Part shown: one piece after another, positions 37,401 to 49,501 of the stretch
How the letters are laid out: each line of letters starts with the position of its first letter
Numbering within the stretch: the stretch's first letter is position 1
DNA from: Eledone cirrhosa
Taxonomy: Eukaryota
DNA: 64,000 nt
Assembly: GCA_964016885.1 (NCBI GenBank)
Contig: OZ024742.1
Coordinates: 234,670,001-234,734,000 of the forward strand
Reading direction: 5' to 3'
Program-made: the position numbers and the translations under genes
The notes under the pieces: generated by a model
The model's database searches: none
Told to the model about the DNA's origin: nothing
What the model saw: only the letters and a program-made list of their open reading frames with translations

Positions 37401-40400
37401 TTGGGCTTATATGCCCAACCTGTTGCACTATTTTTCATAGTGAAAAAATGCTGCATTGAAGCAGATAATTTTAAGCTAATATATATTCAAAATTCAATAT
37501 TAAAAAGGATTTGTAAATTAGATTAAATCATAAAGAAATTGAAGTTTATAATTACTGATAATCACTGAATATTTCCTGTCCCATTTGTAGCACATAGACT
37601 ACTTTTTCAGTGTTGTCTACAGACAAGGGATTGAAGGTTACACTGTAAAATATAATATATATTTCATATATATATTTAATAACAAACAACTAGAGTTCAT
37701 ATTTAGATGATAGTAATGATGACAGTATAGGCTGTGTTAATGTGTGGCTGTATCAGTATTGGTGGTTGCCATAGTGGTATTGTGATGAAGGCAGTGATTG
37801 TGGTAGTATGGGGCTGATGGTGGTGGTATGGTGGTGATGATAATGGTTGTGTTAGTAGTTATGGTGAGGAAAGGGCTGAAAGCAAACAAAGCATCATTTT
37901 CCTTTTCTTTCATCATCATCACCATATTAGCAACTATTTTCCACGCCCATATGGGTTAGATGGGTTATCATGTTATGAGGCTAGACAGGTCTTGCTCATA
38001 CAACCCATTTAGGGCTTAGTTTTCTATGGCTAGATGCTCTTGTTAATGCCAACCACTTCATAGCATGGACTGGGAGCTGTTTTCGTGGGGCTAGCTCTAT
38101 CACCATACAGGGTGGATTGGGTGCTTTTAGTTGTGGCACAAGTATGCGTACATTACAGGATAGAGTGGATGCTTTTCATTGCAGCATCAGTATAGCTCTC
38201 TTACAGAATGGACTGGATACATTTTTGTCATGACACCAGCACAATCCCCTCACAAGATGTTGTGGCATCAGCACCACTACTGAAAATATTAATATTGGGG
38301 TTCACATATTGGACATTTCAGTAGGATGATACTCTTAACACATTTTTGAAACTCAAAATCTATATTTTCTATACAGATATATTATGTTCAATGTTTACTA
38401 ACAATTAACATCTTGTAATGATCTAGTAGAAAATCTCTAAAACAGGTTTGTTACTTCAAATGTTTATTGCATCTTCACTCTTCACAGGTGGGCAGATTGT
38501 TGTGAAAATTTGCTGTAAACTAAAAAAAAAAAAAGGACTTAAATTTTTAATGTCATGCAGTCATAGTGTTGTTTTGTGTTTTTTAAGAAAGTTTTTTAAT
38601 ATGGTTTCATGTGGTACAGGATGTTCAGCATTAATGTTAACATACTAACTCAGAAATGAGAATGAATCAGTGGATGAGCAGAGCATGAAGAGAAATGTGT
38701 TGGGATAGCTGGATTATGTACTGAGGAAAGGTGAAAGTGAATGGGTGAGAGGAGAAGTGGAAATATATGTGGAAGGAAATAGAGGAAGGGAAAGATCAAG
38801 AAAGACATGACTAAAGATGATGGAGGAGAAAATGAAAGTCAGAGTGCTGGTGAATGGGGATGCAGTGGTTAATCTTGCAGGCTTGAAATGGGCCTGCAAG
38901 ATTAACCACTGCTTCAAGAGGAAAAAATGGTTTTAAAACACATTGTTGTTGTTATACACTTACTCAGAAAGCTGAGACAAACAATGTGAAACTTTCATTG
39001 ATTTCACCTGCTGATATTCCTCATCAGTACACTGATTGTGGTAAGAAAGGACTTCAAGGGCAACTTTGAACTTTTGTTCGGATTGACGTATTTTATCATA
39101 AATCTACATAGAGAAGAAAAGAAAAATAATGTGATTTTTATTAAAATTTTCAGTTCAAAATTAGTCATTGCTTTCCAACTGCTGGGTAAAGGAATTTCCC
39201 TCATAACCCCATAGTATGTGCATGCATGAATGTTGGTTTTGGTATTCAGTAGTCCTTATACTCCACTAATCCAACAAGAACCGCCATTAAAGTTTTTAGT
39301 TGGAAGAGGCTATGTAGCCGATAAGAGTATCAGACACCATGAGTTGCAGCGCGAGTTAAGACAATTTGAAATCTTTTCCACTATCAATTGTTAAAAAACA
39401 AGTTAAAATCATTTAGTCATATATTCGTAATGTATGTTATGCTTTAGTTACATACACACACATCTACACATAAATACATAAACAGATACAGACAACAGAA
39501 GGAAGTGGTTGGTGAAACGCTATAGCGATGTGTGGTGCGTCCCTTTAGGGTTTACTGGCTACATAGCCCATTCGTTTCTAGTTTAAAAGTCATTTGAGGT
39601 ATTACAGCTCTACTGTACCATGTTAACGCTCTACTGTATCATTTTAGGGTTCTGCTGTATTATGTTAGCCCATTGCATGTATAGACATACAACAAAAATA
39701 TAAAGAAATGTCAGAAATTAACAAAAGGAATTAATGTATAGAAAATATATTGTCAGAAGTTGTTTAACCTTAGATGCACCCTGGCTGAGTAGACTTATCA
39801 TCATCATCATCATTGGCTTTTAACGTCTGCTTTCCCTGCTAGCAAGGGATAAAAAAAAAATTACAGACATGGCCATTCCATCTTATCATATAGGCCCTTC
39901 CTTTTATTAGACAGTAAGCTGTGATTTGAGAGAATTTGGCAGTTATTTTTAGCAGACCGAGTGACTGAATAACAGCTCTGTTAGTAGAATTAAAATGTTA
40001 AAAAAAAGTAAATAAATACTGCTACCTTTGCCTTTTGTATTGTATTGACATTCAGGAGTTACTGAGGTAGTTGATCTTAATTTTATAAGTTTCAAAAAGG
40101 AAAACATAATCAAATATAGCTATGTAGTTAAGAAGTTCTCTTTGCAGCCATGTGGTACCGAATTTGACCCCCACCATGCAGTGCCTTGGGTATCTTCTTC
40201 TGTAGCCTTGCTTTTAGACAGGAATTTGGTTTGATAAACTGTGTAAAATCTGTCATCACCACTGTTTTTACGTCAATTTTCATAGGCCGGCATGGGTTGG
40301 ACAGGACTTATTGAGGCAATATTTTACAGTCAAACACTCTTCTTGACACCAACCTTTTTAATTGCTTCTTAAGGTATGCAGGGATAGTGTATCTATTCTA

Positions 40401-41872
40401 AACGTGATGTTTGTGTGTGTAAACTAGCGTGTCCTGTTACTTAAGTTAATCAACAATGTGGAGTTAATAAAATAAGTACTAGGGTCAATATGATTAACTA
40501 AACATTTTAGACAATTCACCAGTATGACTGCAGTTATCTACTTGTACAGTAACAAATGCCATTGGTGGTATAGTGTCAGTGTTATATTTGTATTGGTACA
40601 AGACAGGAAGTGTTCTATATGTTTTCACCAATAGACATACTTTTGTCTATACCATCAATGGAATGAACCTATGTCAGATTTGATGATGAATGTTCTAGTT
40701 TGTTCAATAGAAGAGCATGCTTCTAAAATTAAAGTGTTTGTGGCTGAGCATTTCACAGACATGTGTACCCATAACATGATTCTTAAGGAGACTCAGCCAC
40801 GTAATTCCTGCTTTTTAGGATAGATATGCTGGAAAAGTGGAAGTAAAAACGTTGATGATGATGATACAGAATGACAGAATGTGTGACAAGACTGGCCCAT
40901 TTTCAGTATTAATAAAAAATGTATTGTGGTTGTTGTTATTTTACCTTTGCATGGTGCAGTGCTAGGCCACAGTAAACTGCAAATGCTTCAAAAGCCTCTT
41001 CATCATCTTTGGTAAAAACTCCATTTAATTTATTTACCATTTGAACAACACCAATAACTCTGGAAGAAGGAAATATATAATCAGGTGAGAAGCAATAAAC
41101 ATACATGGTAGAGTGGAATAATGTTAAAGGCAGACTATGTTGGCTTTGAATGGACCACGTACCCGTGAACTCTATTTTATCATGAATAGGTCATAGAGAA
41201 TCACCTCTATGTTCTAGTGGAGACTACTCAGAAACTCTAGGGCACTATTTGGTTCAATGTAAAAATTACCAGTCTGAGAGAGAGAGAGAAAGGACATCTT
41301 AAATCTAGTCTTTAAGTTATCAAGATTGGAGGTGTAATATATTGTCATGGAACTATCAACCATAATCAAAATCTTTCAGTATATGGAGGCTACAAAAGAT
41401 TCAACAAAAAATTTTGGTTGTTTTATTTTCATTTTTCGACTTTTTTCTTATTCATGCTTCTTTTGCTTTGTGTTGTTCTTTTCGTTTTTATCTCGTTTTT
41501 GTTTCTCAATTGTAAGGAGTATTAAACACCTCTCCTAATATGCCATGGTTATTAACTCTATATGAACATTTAAATTGATTAAATAGATAAATAAATAACA
41601 TACTTAATGCAGTGAGTCAAGGTATTAACATTACATGAAAAAGGACCAATTACTATATTAATGCATGAGTGTGTTTGTACAATATAGATTTTAATTTAAT
41701 TAGGAATCTTTGAAATTTGGTCGCTTTCTTTTATAGAACCAGAGCCAGTTTTGGGTGGGTTGGTATCATAAGGGTTAAATACAATAAAATCAGATTAACT
41801 CACTTTCCTCGGATGAATATTGGCATACATAAGATGGTTTTTGTTATGTATCCAGTCTTTTGGTCAACATCT
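22391..41872 (-). CDS. PDE10A: GAF-domain cyclic nucleotide phosphodiesterase (PDE10-like), 3' part: 12 exons covering the end of GAF-B and the whole catalytic domain
   Basis: Exons 41872-41804, 41059-40945, 39103-38964, 37642-37556, 36758-36608, 33250-33095, 31704-31654, 29903-29782, 28602-28491, 26271-26191, 23972-23884 and 22460-22391 have GT-AG ends and consistent phases. Motifs: [54 protein letters not shown]. Confidence 0.9.
23440..23695 (-). mobile_element. Second tRNA-derived SINE family (CORE-like central part)
   Basis: Minus strand TGGTTAGGAC...GGTTTGAATCC followed by CTTGAGCAAAACACTTTATTTC...CAGCTGTAGAAATGAG. Confidence 0.6.
23884..23972 (-). CDS. PDE10A: PDE10-like exon ([29 protein letters not shown])
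   Basis: CAG acceptor and GTAAGT donor; PDE helix after the invariant Gln. Confidence 0.88.
25996..26183 (-). mobile_element. tRNA-derived SINE (same family as 20346)
   Basis: Full-length match with A and B boxes. Confidence 0.85.
26191..26271 (-). CDS. PDE10A: PDE10-like exon ([27 protein letters not shown])
   Basis: TAG acceptor and GTTAGA donor; conserved GD-E...PMMDR...Q. Confidence 0.9.
26340..27860 (+). mobile_element. Degenerate internal fragment of the same RTE LINE family
   Basis: Broken frames with [34 protein letters not shown] and [12 protein letters not shown]. Confidence 0.85.
28491..28602 (-). CDS. PDE10A: PDE10-like exon ([37 protein letters not shown])
   Basis: CAG acceptor and GTAATT donor; catalytic Asp motif. 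Confidence 0.92.
29782..29903 (-). CDS. PDE10A: PDE10-like exon ([24 protein letters not shown]...)
   Basis: CAG acceptor and GTTTGT donor; ILATDL motif. Confidence 0.92.
31654..31704 (-). CDS. PDE10A: PDE10-like exon ([17 protein letters not shown])
   Basis: 51 nt, phase 0/0; NIF motif. Confidence 0.85.
33095..33250 (-). CDS. PDE10A: PDE10-like exon carrying the metal-binding HD motif ([11 protein letters not shown]...[14 protein letters not shown])
   Basis: Class I PDE signature HDxxHxGxxN. Confidence 0.95.
34218..34522 (+). repeat. Minisatellite, 5 x 61 bp
   Basis: Unit GCCTCTCTTCAGCCTTCTACCCCATAAGAGGTCGACCAGTGCCACTCATGCACCATGCACA starts at 34218, 34279, 34340, 34401 and 34462. Confidence 0.95.
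34462..34659 (+). pseudogene. Isolated PHD-finger coding remnant, probably retroelement-derived
   Basis: CHSC-x11[12 protein letters not shown]...WHCPPC has C4HC3 spacing. Confidence 0.55.
35136..35765. repeat. Minisatellite, ~14 x 45 bp with two unit variants
   Basis: Unit TGGCAAGGCCCTCCAGCCCCATGACACCACTAACCCATCTACTCC; the variant has ...ACAAACCCTTATACTTCCAGC. Confidence 0.95.
36005..36417 (+). mobile_element. Old RTE LINE 3' end
   Basis: CATCCAGCTGTAGAAA motif and GATGATGATGAT tail. Confidence 0.6.
36608..36758 (-). CDS. PDE10A: PDE10-like exon ([26 protein letters not shown]...)
   Basis: YHN motif; TAG acceptor and GTAAAT donor. Confidence 0.95.
37556..37642 (-). CDS. PDE10A: PDE10-like exon ([28 protein letters not shown])
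   Basis: Phase 2/2 exon that links the flanking exons in frame. Confidence 0.75.
37912..38280 (-). mobile_element. Old RTE LINE 3' end
   Basis: (CAT)n tail and repeated 3' UTR modules. Confidence 0.6.
38964..39103 (-). CDS. PDE10A: PDE10-like exon ([25 protein letters not shown]...)
   Basis: GAF-to-catalytic linker helix; TAG acceptor and GTAAGT donor. Confidence 0.92.
40945..41059 (-). CDS. PDE10A: PDE10-like exon, end of GAF-B ([38 protein letters not shown])
   Basis: GAF NK-x-F-x3-DE motif. Confidence 0.93.
41804..41872 (-). CDS. PDE10A: PDE10-like exon, GAF-B ([22 protein letters not shown])
   Basis: CAG acceptor and GTGAGT donor; D-x2-TGY-x-T-x2-ILCMPI. Confidence 0.92.
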
Positions 41873-42039
41873 CTGAAAGAAAAAGGCATGCAAACATTAT
41901 CAGTACAAGAGATTCCATGTTGTAAAAAATGACAACAGTTTTATGAATTAAAGAAAATGTTTTAAATAGGAATTTTTACCATAATAAATGAATCATTTTA
42001 GTCAAATACAGGCATAATGATTTTATATATTTTTATTAA

Positions 42040-42330
42040 CCCTTTAGTGTTCAAACCAGCCAAAACCGGCCAGAATTCTCTACCTCTTTCTGTTGAAACT
42101 GGCTGTAACTGGTCACTCAAACTGATGTTAAGGTATTGTTCTCAAAATAAATACTTTCAAAATTTCATAGATTCGATATTATGTGAGATAATTATGCAAG
42201 GTAAAGCCTTTACCATGAAAATATAATAGTATATATAAAATAATTGTTTCTACTTTTGGCACAAGACCAGCAATTACCCAGTACATTACTGGTACTTTAT
42301 TTTATCTAAAATAATGTGAATGCTAAAGGG
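42040..42330. mobile_element. piggyBac-type MITE containing a 5'-truncated SINE (42241-42306)
   Basis: TTAA|CCCTTTAGTGTTCA...TGAATGCTAAAGGG|TTAA; near-identical to 12548-12767. Confidence 0.85.
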
Positions 42331-42427
42331 TTAATACATTTATACATTTCTATGCATTTACCTACTGTTACCACCAGTAGCAAACGCATATTTTTGAAGT
42401 TACGTAATATGATGGGTAACACTCTAA

Positions 42428-43209
42428 TCTATATATGTAAAACTGTGGTCGTCTGTCTGTCTATCGATTTTTGGCACACATCTCCTCTTAGAATCTCTCA
42501 CGGAATTGCACCGAAATTGCTATACTTGTACATTGAGCCCTAGCGAAGACATCGGAAAAAAAAAAATTTCAAATTGACCCACCCTATGTGACGAAATCGA
42601 ATATAATGTATCGATTTTTGAGCGTAAGTTATCAGTTATTTCCCTTTGTTCTGTTTACATTGAGCGTCTTACGTAAAAAATTACGCTGGCTTTCTCAGCG
42701 TTCGAGCCAGCAAAATATTGACCTGCAAAATTCATCAGTTCGAACACTAAGCTTCCGTTTTGCTTCATTTCCATTTAAAAGCATTTTAAAACAATATTTT
42801 TACTTGAAAACAAGTCTATTTAAAGACTACGTAAAACAAGCAAATATTTCAGGCGTGCAGACAGACAGTCGTGCAGAGAGGTGATATAGGCGTGCAGACA
42901 GACATAACTGATAATTTGGTTACGCTAATGTTTTTCTCTGCGTTGCAGTGTTTACATTTTCGATCTTTGTTAATAAATAACCAGTGCAGTTTTTATCCCC
43001 AGCATCCTCTTTTGTTATAACATTCGGGTTATCGTTATGTTTTCTTAACTTCATAAGGCATATTGTTGGTTGAGGGAATATTAATCAAAAACACCACATG
43101 CAAGTCTGCACAGTAGACACTACAGTTTTTAAGCCAAAAAAGAAACTTAACATTGTAACTTTAACACAGCTACTGAGCGACCCCGAGCAACGCCGGGCTT
43201 TACTGCTAG
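42428..43209 (+). mobile_element. Non-autonomous Helitron, family A, copy 1
   Basis: 5' A|TCTATATA, subterminal hairpin CCCG-AGCAACGC-CGGG, 3' CTAG|T. Confidence 0.8.
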
Positions 43210-43212
43210 TAA

Positions 43213-44104
43213 TCTATATATATAAAACTGTGGTTGTCTGTCTGTCTATCGATTTTTGGCACACATCTCCTCTTAGAATCTCTCACGGAATTGCACCAAA
43301 ATTGCTATACTTGTACATTCAGCCCTAGCGAAGACATCGGAAAAAAATATTTCAAATTGACCCACCCTATGTGACGAAATCGAATATAATGTATCGATTT
43401 TTGAGCGTAAGTTATCAGTTATTTCCCTTTGTTCTGTTTACATTGAGCGTCTGCGTGCAAAAATTAAAAAAATTACGCTGGCTTTCTCAGCGTTTAAAAT
43501 GACATTAACACAATACACGATTTAAAGACTACGTAAAACAAGCCTTTTAAAACAATATTTTTACTTGAAAACAAGTCTATTTAAAAACTACTTAAAACAA
43601 GCAAATATTTCGTAAAAAAAAGCAAAAATTATATAAGTTTATATAAAATATATGTATCTGTAAATTTCGTTAGGCGTGCAGACAGACAGTCGTGCAGAGA
43701 GGTGATATAGGCGTGCAGACAGACAGTCGTGCAGAGAGGTGATATAGGCGTGCAGACAGACAGTCGTGCAGAGAGGTGATATAGGCGTGCAGACAGACAT
43801 AACTGATAATTTGGTTACGCTAATGTTTTTCTCTGCGTTGCAGTGTTTACATTTTCGATCTTTGTTAATAAATAACCAGTGCAGTTTCTATCCCCAGCAT
43901 CCTCTTTTGTTATAACATTCGGGTTATCGTTATGTTTTCTTAACTTCATAAGGCATATTGTTGGTTGAGGGAATATTAATCAAAAACACCACATGCAAGT
44001 CTGCACAGTAGACACTACAGTTTTTAAGCCAAAAAAGAAACTTAACATTGTAACTTTAACACAGCTACTGAGCGACCCCGAGCAACGCCGGGCTTTACTG
44101 CTAG
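43213..44104 (+). mobile_element. Non-autonomous Helitron, family A, copy 2 (expanded internal 37-bp repeat)
   Basis: Direct near-duplicate of 42428-43209 with the same termini. Confidence 0.8.
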
Positions 44105-44890
44105 TCTAATATATAATGATTGGAGGACTCTGTGACTGTGTCAGATTATTTTTTTCTGAACACGTTATTAAAATAAGTTAGATTACTTTGAATAAATCAT
44201 GAATGAATATTATGTAATTTATCAACTAAATTTTGTAGCTGTTGATTAAATATAAATATTCTTATATATATAAGTAATGTATATCTTATTTTAAGATTCA
44301 CTTTTCAAATGTCTACACTTCTGGTTAGCAGCCATTATATCATACACAAGGGCGGTGGATTGGCAGTATCGGTAGAGGGTCGGACGTCATGCTTTGACAC
44401 ATAGAGTTACGGCCCTTGCCATTCTGACTTCAAATCCCGCCAAGGTTAACTTTGCCTTTCATCCTTACGGGGTCGATAAAATAAAGTACCAGTAATGAAA
44501 TGGGTAATTGCTGGCCTTGTGCCAATAGTAGAAACAATTATATCATACACTTAGTCATATGCTATATCACATTGCTTATATAAACATTCATATATTTGCA
44601 TCGTTATATGAGGTTTATATTTCCGTCGCTAATTGTCTCCTTTTCCGTTTTCATAACATTTCGCCGTAATGCACTTTATATATAATATCGTCTTTTTTTA
44701 ATGTATCATGGATTTCTTTACTGATTACAGAAGACAGTGTAATACAGTCTTTCTTCAATTTCTGTGTATATTCTCAATTACAATTTTATTTGATGTATCA
44801 TATCTACATGCGTATATATTTGCACATAATATCAATATGTACACTACACATGCTATCAGAAAACCACCCGAGGGTTGGTTTTTCTGCTAG
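44105..44890 (+). mobile_element. Non-autonomous Helitron, family B, containing a SINE
   Basis: Starts TCTAATATATAA; ends with hairpin AGAAAACCACCCGAGGGTTGGTTTTTCT then GCTAG|T; homologous to 53623-54070 on the minus strand. Confidence 0.6.
44350..44540 (+). mobile_element. tRNA-derived SINE with target-site duplication
   Basis: TTATATCATACAC on both sides. Confidence 0.88.
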
Positions 44891-45149
44891 TTTATATAAT
44901 AAATATGATTTACAAAAGAAATAATTCCACGTATTTTAGAATTTGCTGATATTTCCAAGTATTTTAGAATTTTATTTCATTCAGCTACAGAAGCAGTGAC
45001 GCTTTCATTTACCACAGCATCCAAGATGTGAGAAGGAGCAAAAGAGTAATTAATTGTGACATCCCAAACCTGTTCCAGAAGTGAAGAGATATTTACCTGA
45101 GCCAGGTTTAATAAGTTTAACTCAGTATGGCAAGTAAAACGACCTGCAT

Positions 45150-45310
45150 TCGGGCGTCAAAACAAACCTTGGGATCAAGGGGCCTACCATAGCAACATTC
45201 CAATCTCCCACAGACATTGGCTCCCACACTGAGTGCAATGGAAATGTGGAGCTCATCCAGATTAAGTAGGCCACCAATACTGTCCCCCAAGAATTTAGCA
45301 CTCATGAAAA
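45150..45310 (-). mobile_element. Small CRE-type LINE fragment
   Basis: GGLLNLDELHISIALSVGANVC matches GGLLSLDELRVSIALRVGADVC at ~55620. Confidence 0.6.
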
Positions 45311-45400
45311 GTAGGCAGTACCTTGAGAATTGATCATTAGATTGATGAAAGAGAGAGTGAAAGATATGATGAACAAATCTCTGAGTTTATGTTTAGCCTA

Positions 45401-45960
45401 CATCATCGTCATCACCATTTAACATTCATTTTTCTATGCTAGAATGAGTTAGACGAGTTGTCCTGTTGTGAACAATGCCAGGTCAAGTGACCTCGTTTTG
45501 CTCATACAGACTGATTTTGGCTTGGTTTCTACAGCTGGATGCCCTTCCTAATGGTAATTTCATTTACAATGAATATTAGGTGCTTTTTGTCATGATACCT
45601 ACATGACCACTTTACAATGTGGGCTGGGTGCTTTATGTTGTGACACCTACATGACCACTTTACAGTGTGGGCTGGGTGCATTTTGTTGTGTCACCATCAT
45701 GACCACTTTACAGTGTGAGCTGGAGGCTTCACTAGATGTATACTTCAGACAGTCTCCTGGAAGATGTATGGGAGGGTGCATACTATATATATGCTTCAAT
45801 TTCAGCCTGTGCTCGTGGGTCTTCTGTATTACTGCATAATACCAGAGATCTCGCTCCAGTGTCATCATCACTGAGAGGTGCAATTGGGCTAGGTCAGCTT
45901 TTATCACCTCATCCCAAGTCTTCCTGGATCTCCTCACTCCAAGGCTCCATCGACTTTGAG
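45401..45960 (-). mobile_element. RTE LINE 3' fragment
   Basis: RKTWDEVIKADLAQLHLS, then 3' UTR and tail. Confidence 0.85.
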
Positions 45961-46489
45961 AGGAAATCTAGTGATTTCGACACTCTATGGAGGTAAACAG
46001 TGGGAGAATGAGAGCGAGCAGCATGGTAGGTAAAAAGAGGGAAGGGGTGAAAGAGAGCAGCATGGTGATTGTTTCAGTGACTATTGTATGAAGAATATAT
46101 ATACATGAATTTATGACTAAAGTATGATGAATATACCTGGATTTGCATGGAACCGCCAATTAAGTTTCAATTTTTTTTCTTTCACTTTCACGATACTCCT
46201 AATGATACATTGCAAACAGTGCAGTTAATCGCACCCACTGGTTTTGTGGCCATAGTAACGGTTTTTGAGTCTCTGATAAAATGGAAGAACTCTAAGGTTC
46301 CCCTCATTACTCTGATGCACAAAATAAACATCATGTTGATGGAACGAAAATTTGCTTCTAGAAATTTGATCTTATATAATAGTTGCAGAACTAAATACAT
46401 TATAATCACTGTTAACCGCTTCTCAAGATTAGTGGGCCACATACTTGTTTAATGTTATTAATTTGTTTTTAATCGAAAAGGTTTCACCT

Positions 46490-46611
46490 TTTGTTTGTGG
46501 CATATATTAATGACATAGATACCAACTTAAAGAATGCCACAGTACTGAGATATACAGATGACATCAAACTGTACCTTGAGATAAAAAGGACAGATCCTGA
46601 ACACTATAGAT
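46490..46611 (+). mobile_element. CR1-type LINE fragment, 5' part (RT palm)
   Basis: LFVAYINDI...RYTDDIKLY; the frame continues at 50578 after the inserted transposon. Confidence 0.8.
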
Positions 46612-47351
46612 CAAAGGTTCTCAATGGGGCCATATGCCCCCACGGGAGGCGTTTCGGAGCTCCAGGGGGGGCGTTTGGGTGCAAGGGGGCGTTAGGGGGG
46701 CGTTTGAAGCTTGGGGGGGGGGGGGGGGGCTGGGAGCCCCTTTAGTTTTTTTAGTTTGGTAAGTTTTATACGTCATATTTGTCCGTCTCTTAGACAGCCA
46801 GTGTGAATGCATTTGAATGAAGAAAACGAAGAAAATAAATAAAAGAAGCTTGTCAACGAATTCCCCAGGGAGATAAAAAAAAACCAAAAGAAATCAAAGA
46901 AAATGAACTTAAGGAAGTCAACTTTGACAACAGTTACAAGAACAACTTCAACAGAAACGACAACAAAAAGAAGCAATGGTGATGAAAGGTGTGGGTGTAT
47001 ACATATACATACATACGAACATACACATACATGCATACGTACATACATACATATATATACATACATACATACATACATACATACATACATACATACATAC
47101 ATACATACATACATACATACACATATATACACACCCAGGCCTGCGTTAGTGTTTGATAATGTTGAGAACCTGGTCAGCTTTCAGCCAGAGCTGTGGTATT
47201 TAATCTCCCTAGGAAATAAAATCTGGAGACAGAATTTTCTCCTTACCCCCAAAAAACAACATAAATATAAATGCATGTATATATGCAAATGTATAAATCC
47301 ATAGCTATATACATACGTGAATGTATGTATGTATATATGTATGTAGGTATA

Positions 47352-47850
47352 AGGATTCCTTGAAAGCCTCTTTGAAAGACGCTGATACATGGGAAAATAT
47401 TGCTGCTGATCGTAATAAATGGAGAAAGACTGTATATGAGGGAAAAAGTTGCCTTTGAGGCATCTTGAATTGCATACGAGAAAGTAAAGCGAGATGTGAG
47501 GAAGGGCATTGCTGTTGCACTTCCAGACGGCGAGGGTCCTCCTATGGTGCTGACATGCAGCGTATGTGCGAGACTCTGCCTAAGCAAAGCTGGACTCGAA
47601 AGTCATCTTCGCAGTCATAAAGTAAGACCAGTGGTTGACTACCAGGCTGCTGTTGGAGATGCTACTCATCATGCTTGCCAAGCATATGGTAGAGAATGTA
47701 AATCAGCAGGAGGGCTCAAGCGACATGCAAAAGTACACAAACTCCAACCACAGCCGGCTATTCCCAGTGAATGTTTTGGTTGCCGACTGTGCAAGACATT
47801 TTAGATCATTGGCTGGGCTAAAAAGCCACATTCGATCGCGGCGCTGTTAA
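47352..47850 (+). mobile_element. 3' coding fragment of a different RTE/BovB-like LINE with three C2H2-type fingers
   Basis: WENIAADRNKWRK, then CSVC...HLRSH, CQAY...HAKVH and CRLC...HIRSRRC (frameshifted). Confidence 0.65.
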
Positions 47851-47963
47851 TTGCTATCGTGTGTGTGTGTGTATAGATATGTTTATGTGTGTGCGTGTGT
47901 GTGTATATATATGTATATGTATATTATTATTGTTGTTGTTGTCGTTATTATTATTGTTGTTAT

Positions 47964-48263
47964 TCATCATCATCATCATCATCATCATCGTTTAACGTCC
48001 ATGTTCCACGCTTGCATGGGTTTGGACGGGGGTTTTTCCCACTTGAGGCAAGAGTGGTTGTCTTGCTCGCATAGGACTGTCTTGCGGGTTTTCTACAGCT
48101 GGATGCCCTTCCTAACACCAACCACATTTACAGTGTGGGGCTGGGAGGTTTTTACCGTGTTGCCTACACGGCCACATTACAGCGTGGACTGTGTGTTTTT
48201 TTGTCGTGACACCTACACGATCTCATTTGTTTCGGCCTGGATGTTGTGGCACCAACATAACTT
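47964..48263 (-). mobile_element. RTE LINE 3' end, near-identical to copy 1 3' UTR
   Basis: Matches 1165-1460. Confidence 0.9.
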
Positions 48264-48724
48264 TATTATTATTGTTATTAATATATATGTATATATATAT
48301 GTAGATAAATCTACCAAAATATACGGTAATGTCCAATCCGTATGAAGAACTCAATGTAATCCAAATATCATGAAAAGAGAAGATGTATTCAAAAATATTT
48401 TCGATGAAAATCACAGCATATATATGTGTAGGTATGTATATTCCCTCTGATAGTTTGTAAAATTTTTACATAGATCTATCATATATACTTACCAACACAC
48501 ACATATATGACCTAGAAACGATCGTAAAATTATGAATTTTTTAATATAAGGAACTGTTTCTTTGTTTTTATTCATTGTTTTTATTAATTTATGTATATAT
48601 ATATATTTTTTTTTAAATATTTTATTTATTTATTTATTTTTTTTATATATATATATATATATATATTTCTTTTCTTCTCGTGCAATGGCCATACTCGATA
48701 ACGAGGGGGCAGCCATCATGTATG

Positions 48725-48752
<28 letters not shown>

Positions 48753-48755
<3 letters not shown>

Positions 48756-49360
48756 CATCATCATCGTTTAACGTCCATCTTCCATGCTTGCATGGGTTTG
48801 GACGGGAGTTTTCCCACTTGAGGCAAGATTGGTTGTCCTGCTCGTATAGGACTGTCTGGCGGGTTTTCTACGGCTGGATGCCCTTCCTAACACCAACCAT
48901 GTTTACAGTGTGGACTGGGAGGTTTTTACCGTGTTACCTACACGGCCACATTACAGCGTGGACTGTGTGTTTTTTTGTCGTGACACCTACACGTCTAGCG
49001 GGTTTTCTACGGCTGGGTGCCCTTCCCAACACCAACCACGTTTACAGTGTGGACTGGGAGGTTTTTACCGTGTTACCTACATGGCCACATTACAGCGTGG
49101 ACTGTGTGTTTTTTTGTCGTGACACCTACACGACCTCATTTGTTTCGGACTGGATGTTGTGGTACCAACATAACTTCACATTTAAGGGGGTGGTGTGGAT
49201 GGGGTGGGGGTAGTGGGACGGGGGTGTATTTTGTTAGAGGTGTCTACTGACTGTAGGTTTTGCTTTGTACTTAGGCAACGGGGGTCTTCTGTATGACTGT
49301 GTAGCGCCAAAGATCTCGGTCCAGTGACATTGTCTTGGAGAGGTGTAAGTGTGTGAGGTC
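48753..49360 (-). mobile_element. RTE LINE 3' end with an internal ~130-bp duplication
   Basis: Matches 1165-1655; flanked by (TA)n on both sides. Confidence 0.9.
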
Positions 49361-49363
49361 GGA

Positions 49364-49394
<31 letters not shown>

Positions 49395-49501
49395 GAAAAT
49401 AGAGAAATTAATGTAAGCAAGAAGCCAACAGTAATTCAGACATATATATATATTATTCAGAATATTAATAAATGAAGACATTCACATAATCAAAATAAAT
49501 G

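Noticed and set aside
39308-39568. Short inverted repeat GGCTATGTAGCC / GGCTACATAGCC as a MITE
   Set aside because: Only ~12 bp, with no TSD and no second copy in the window.
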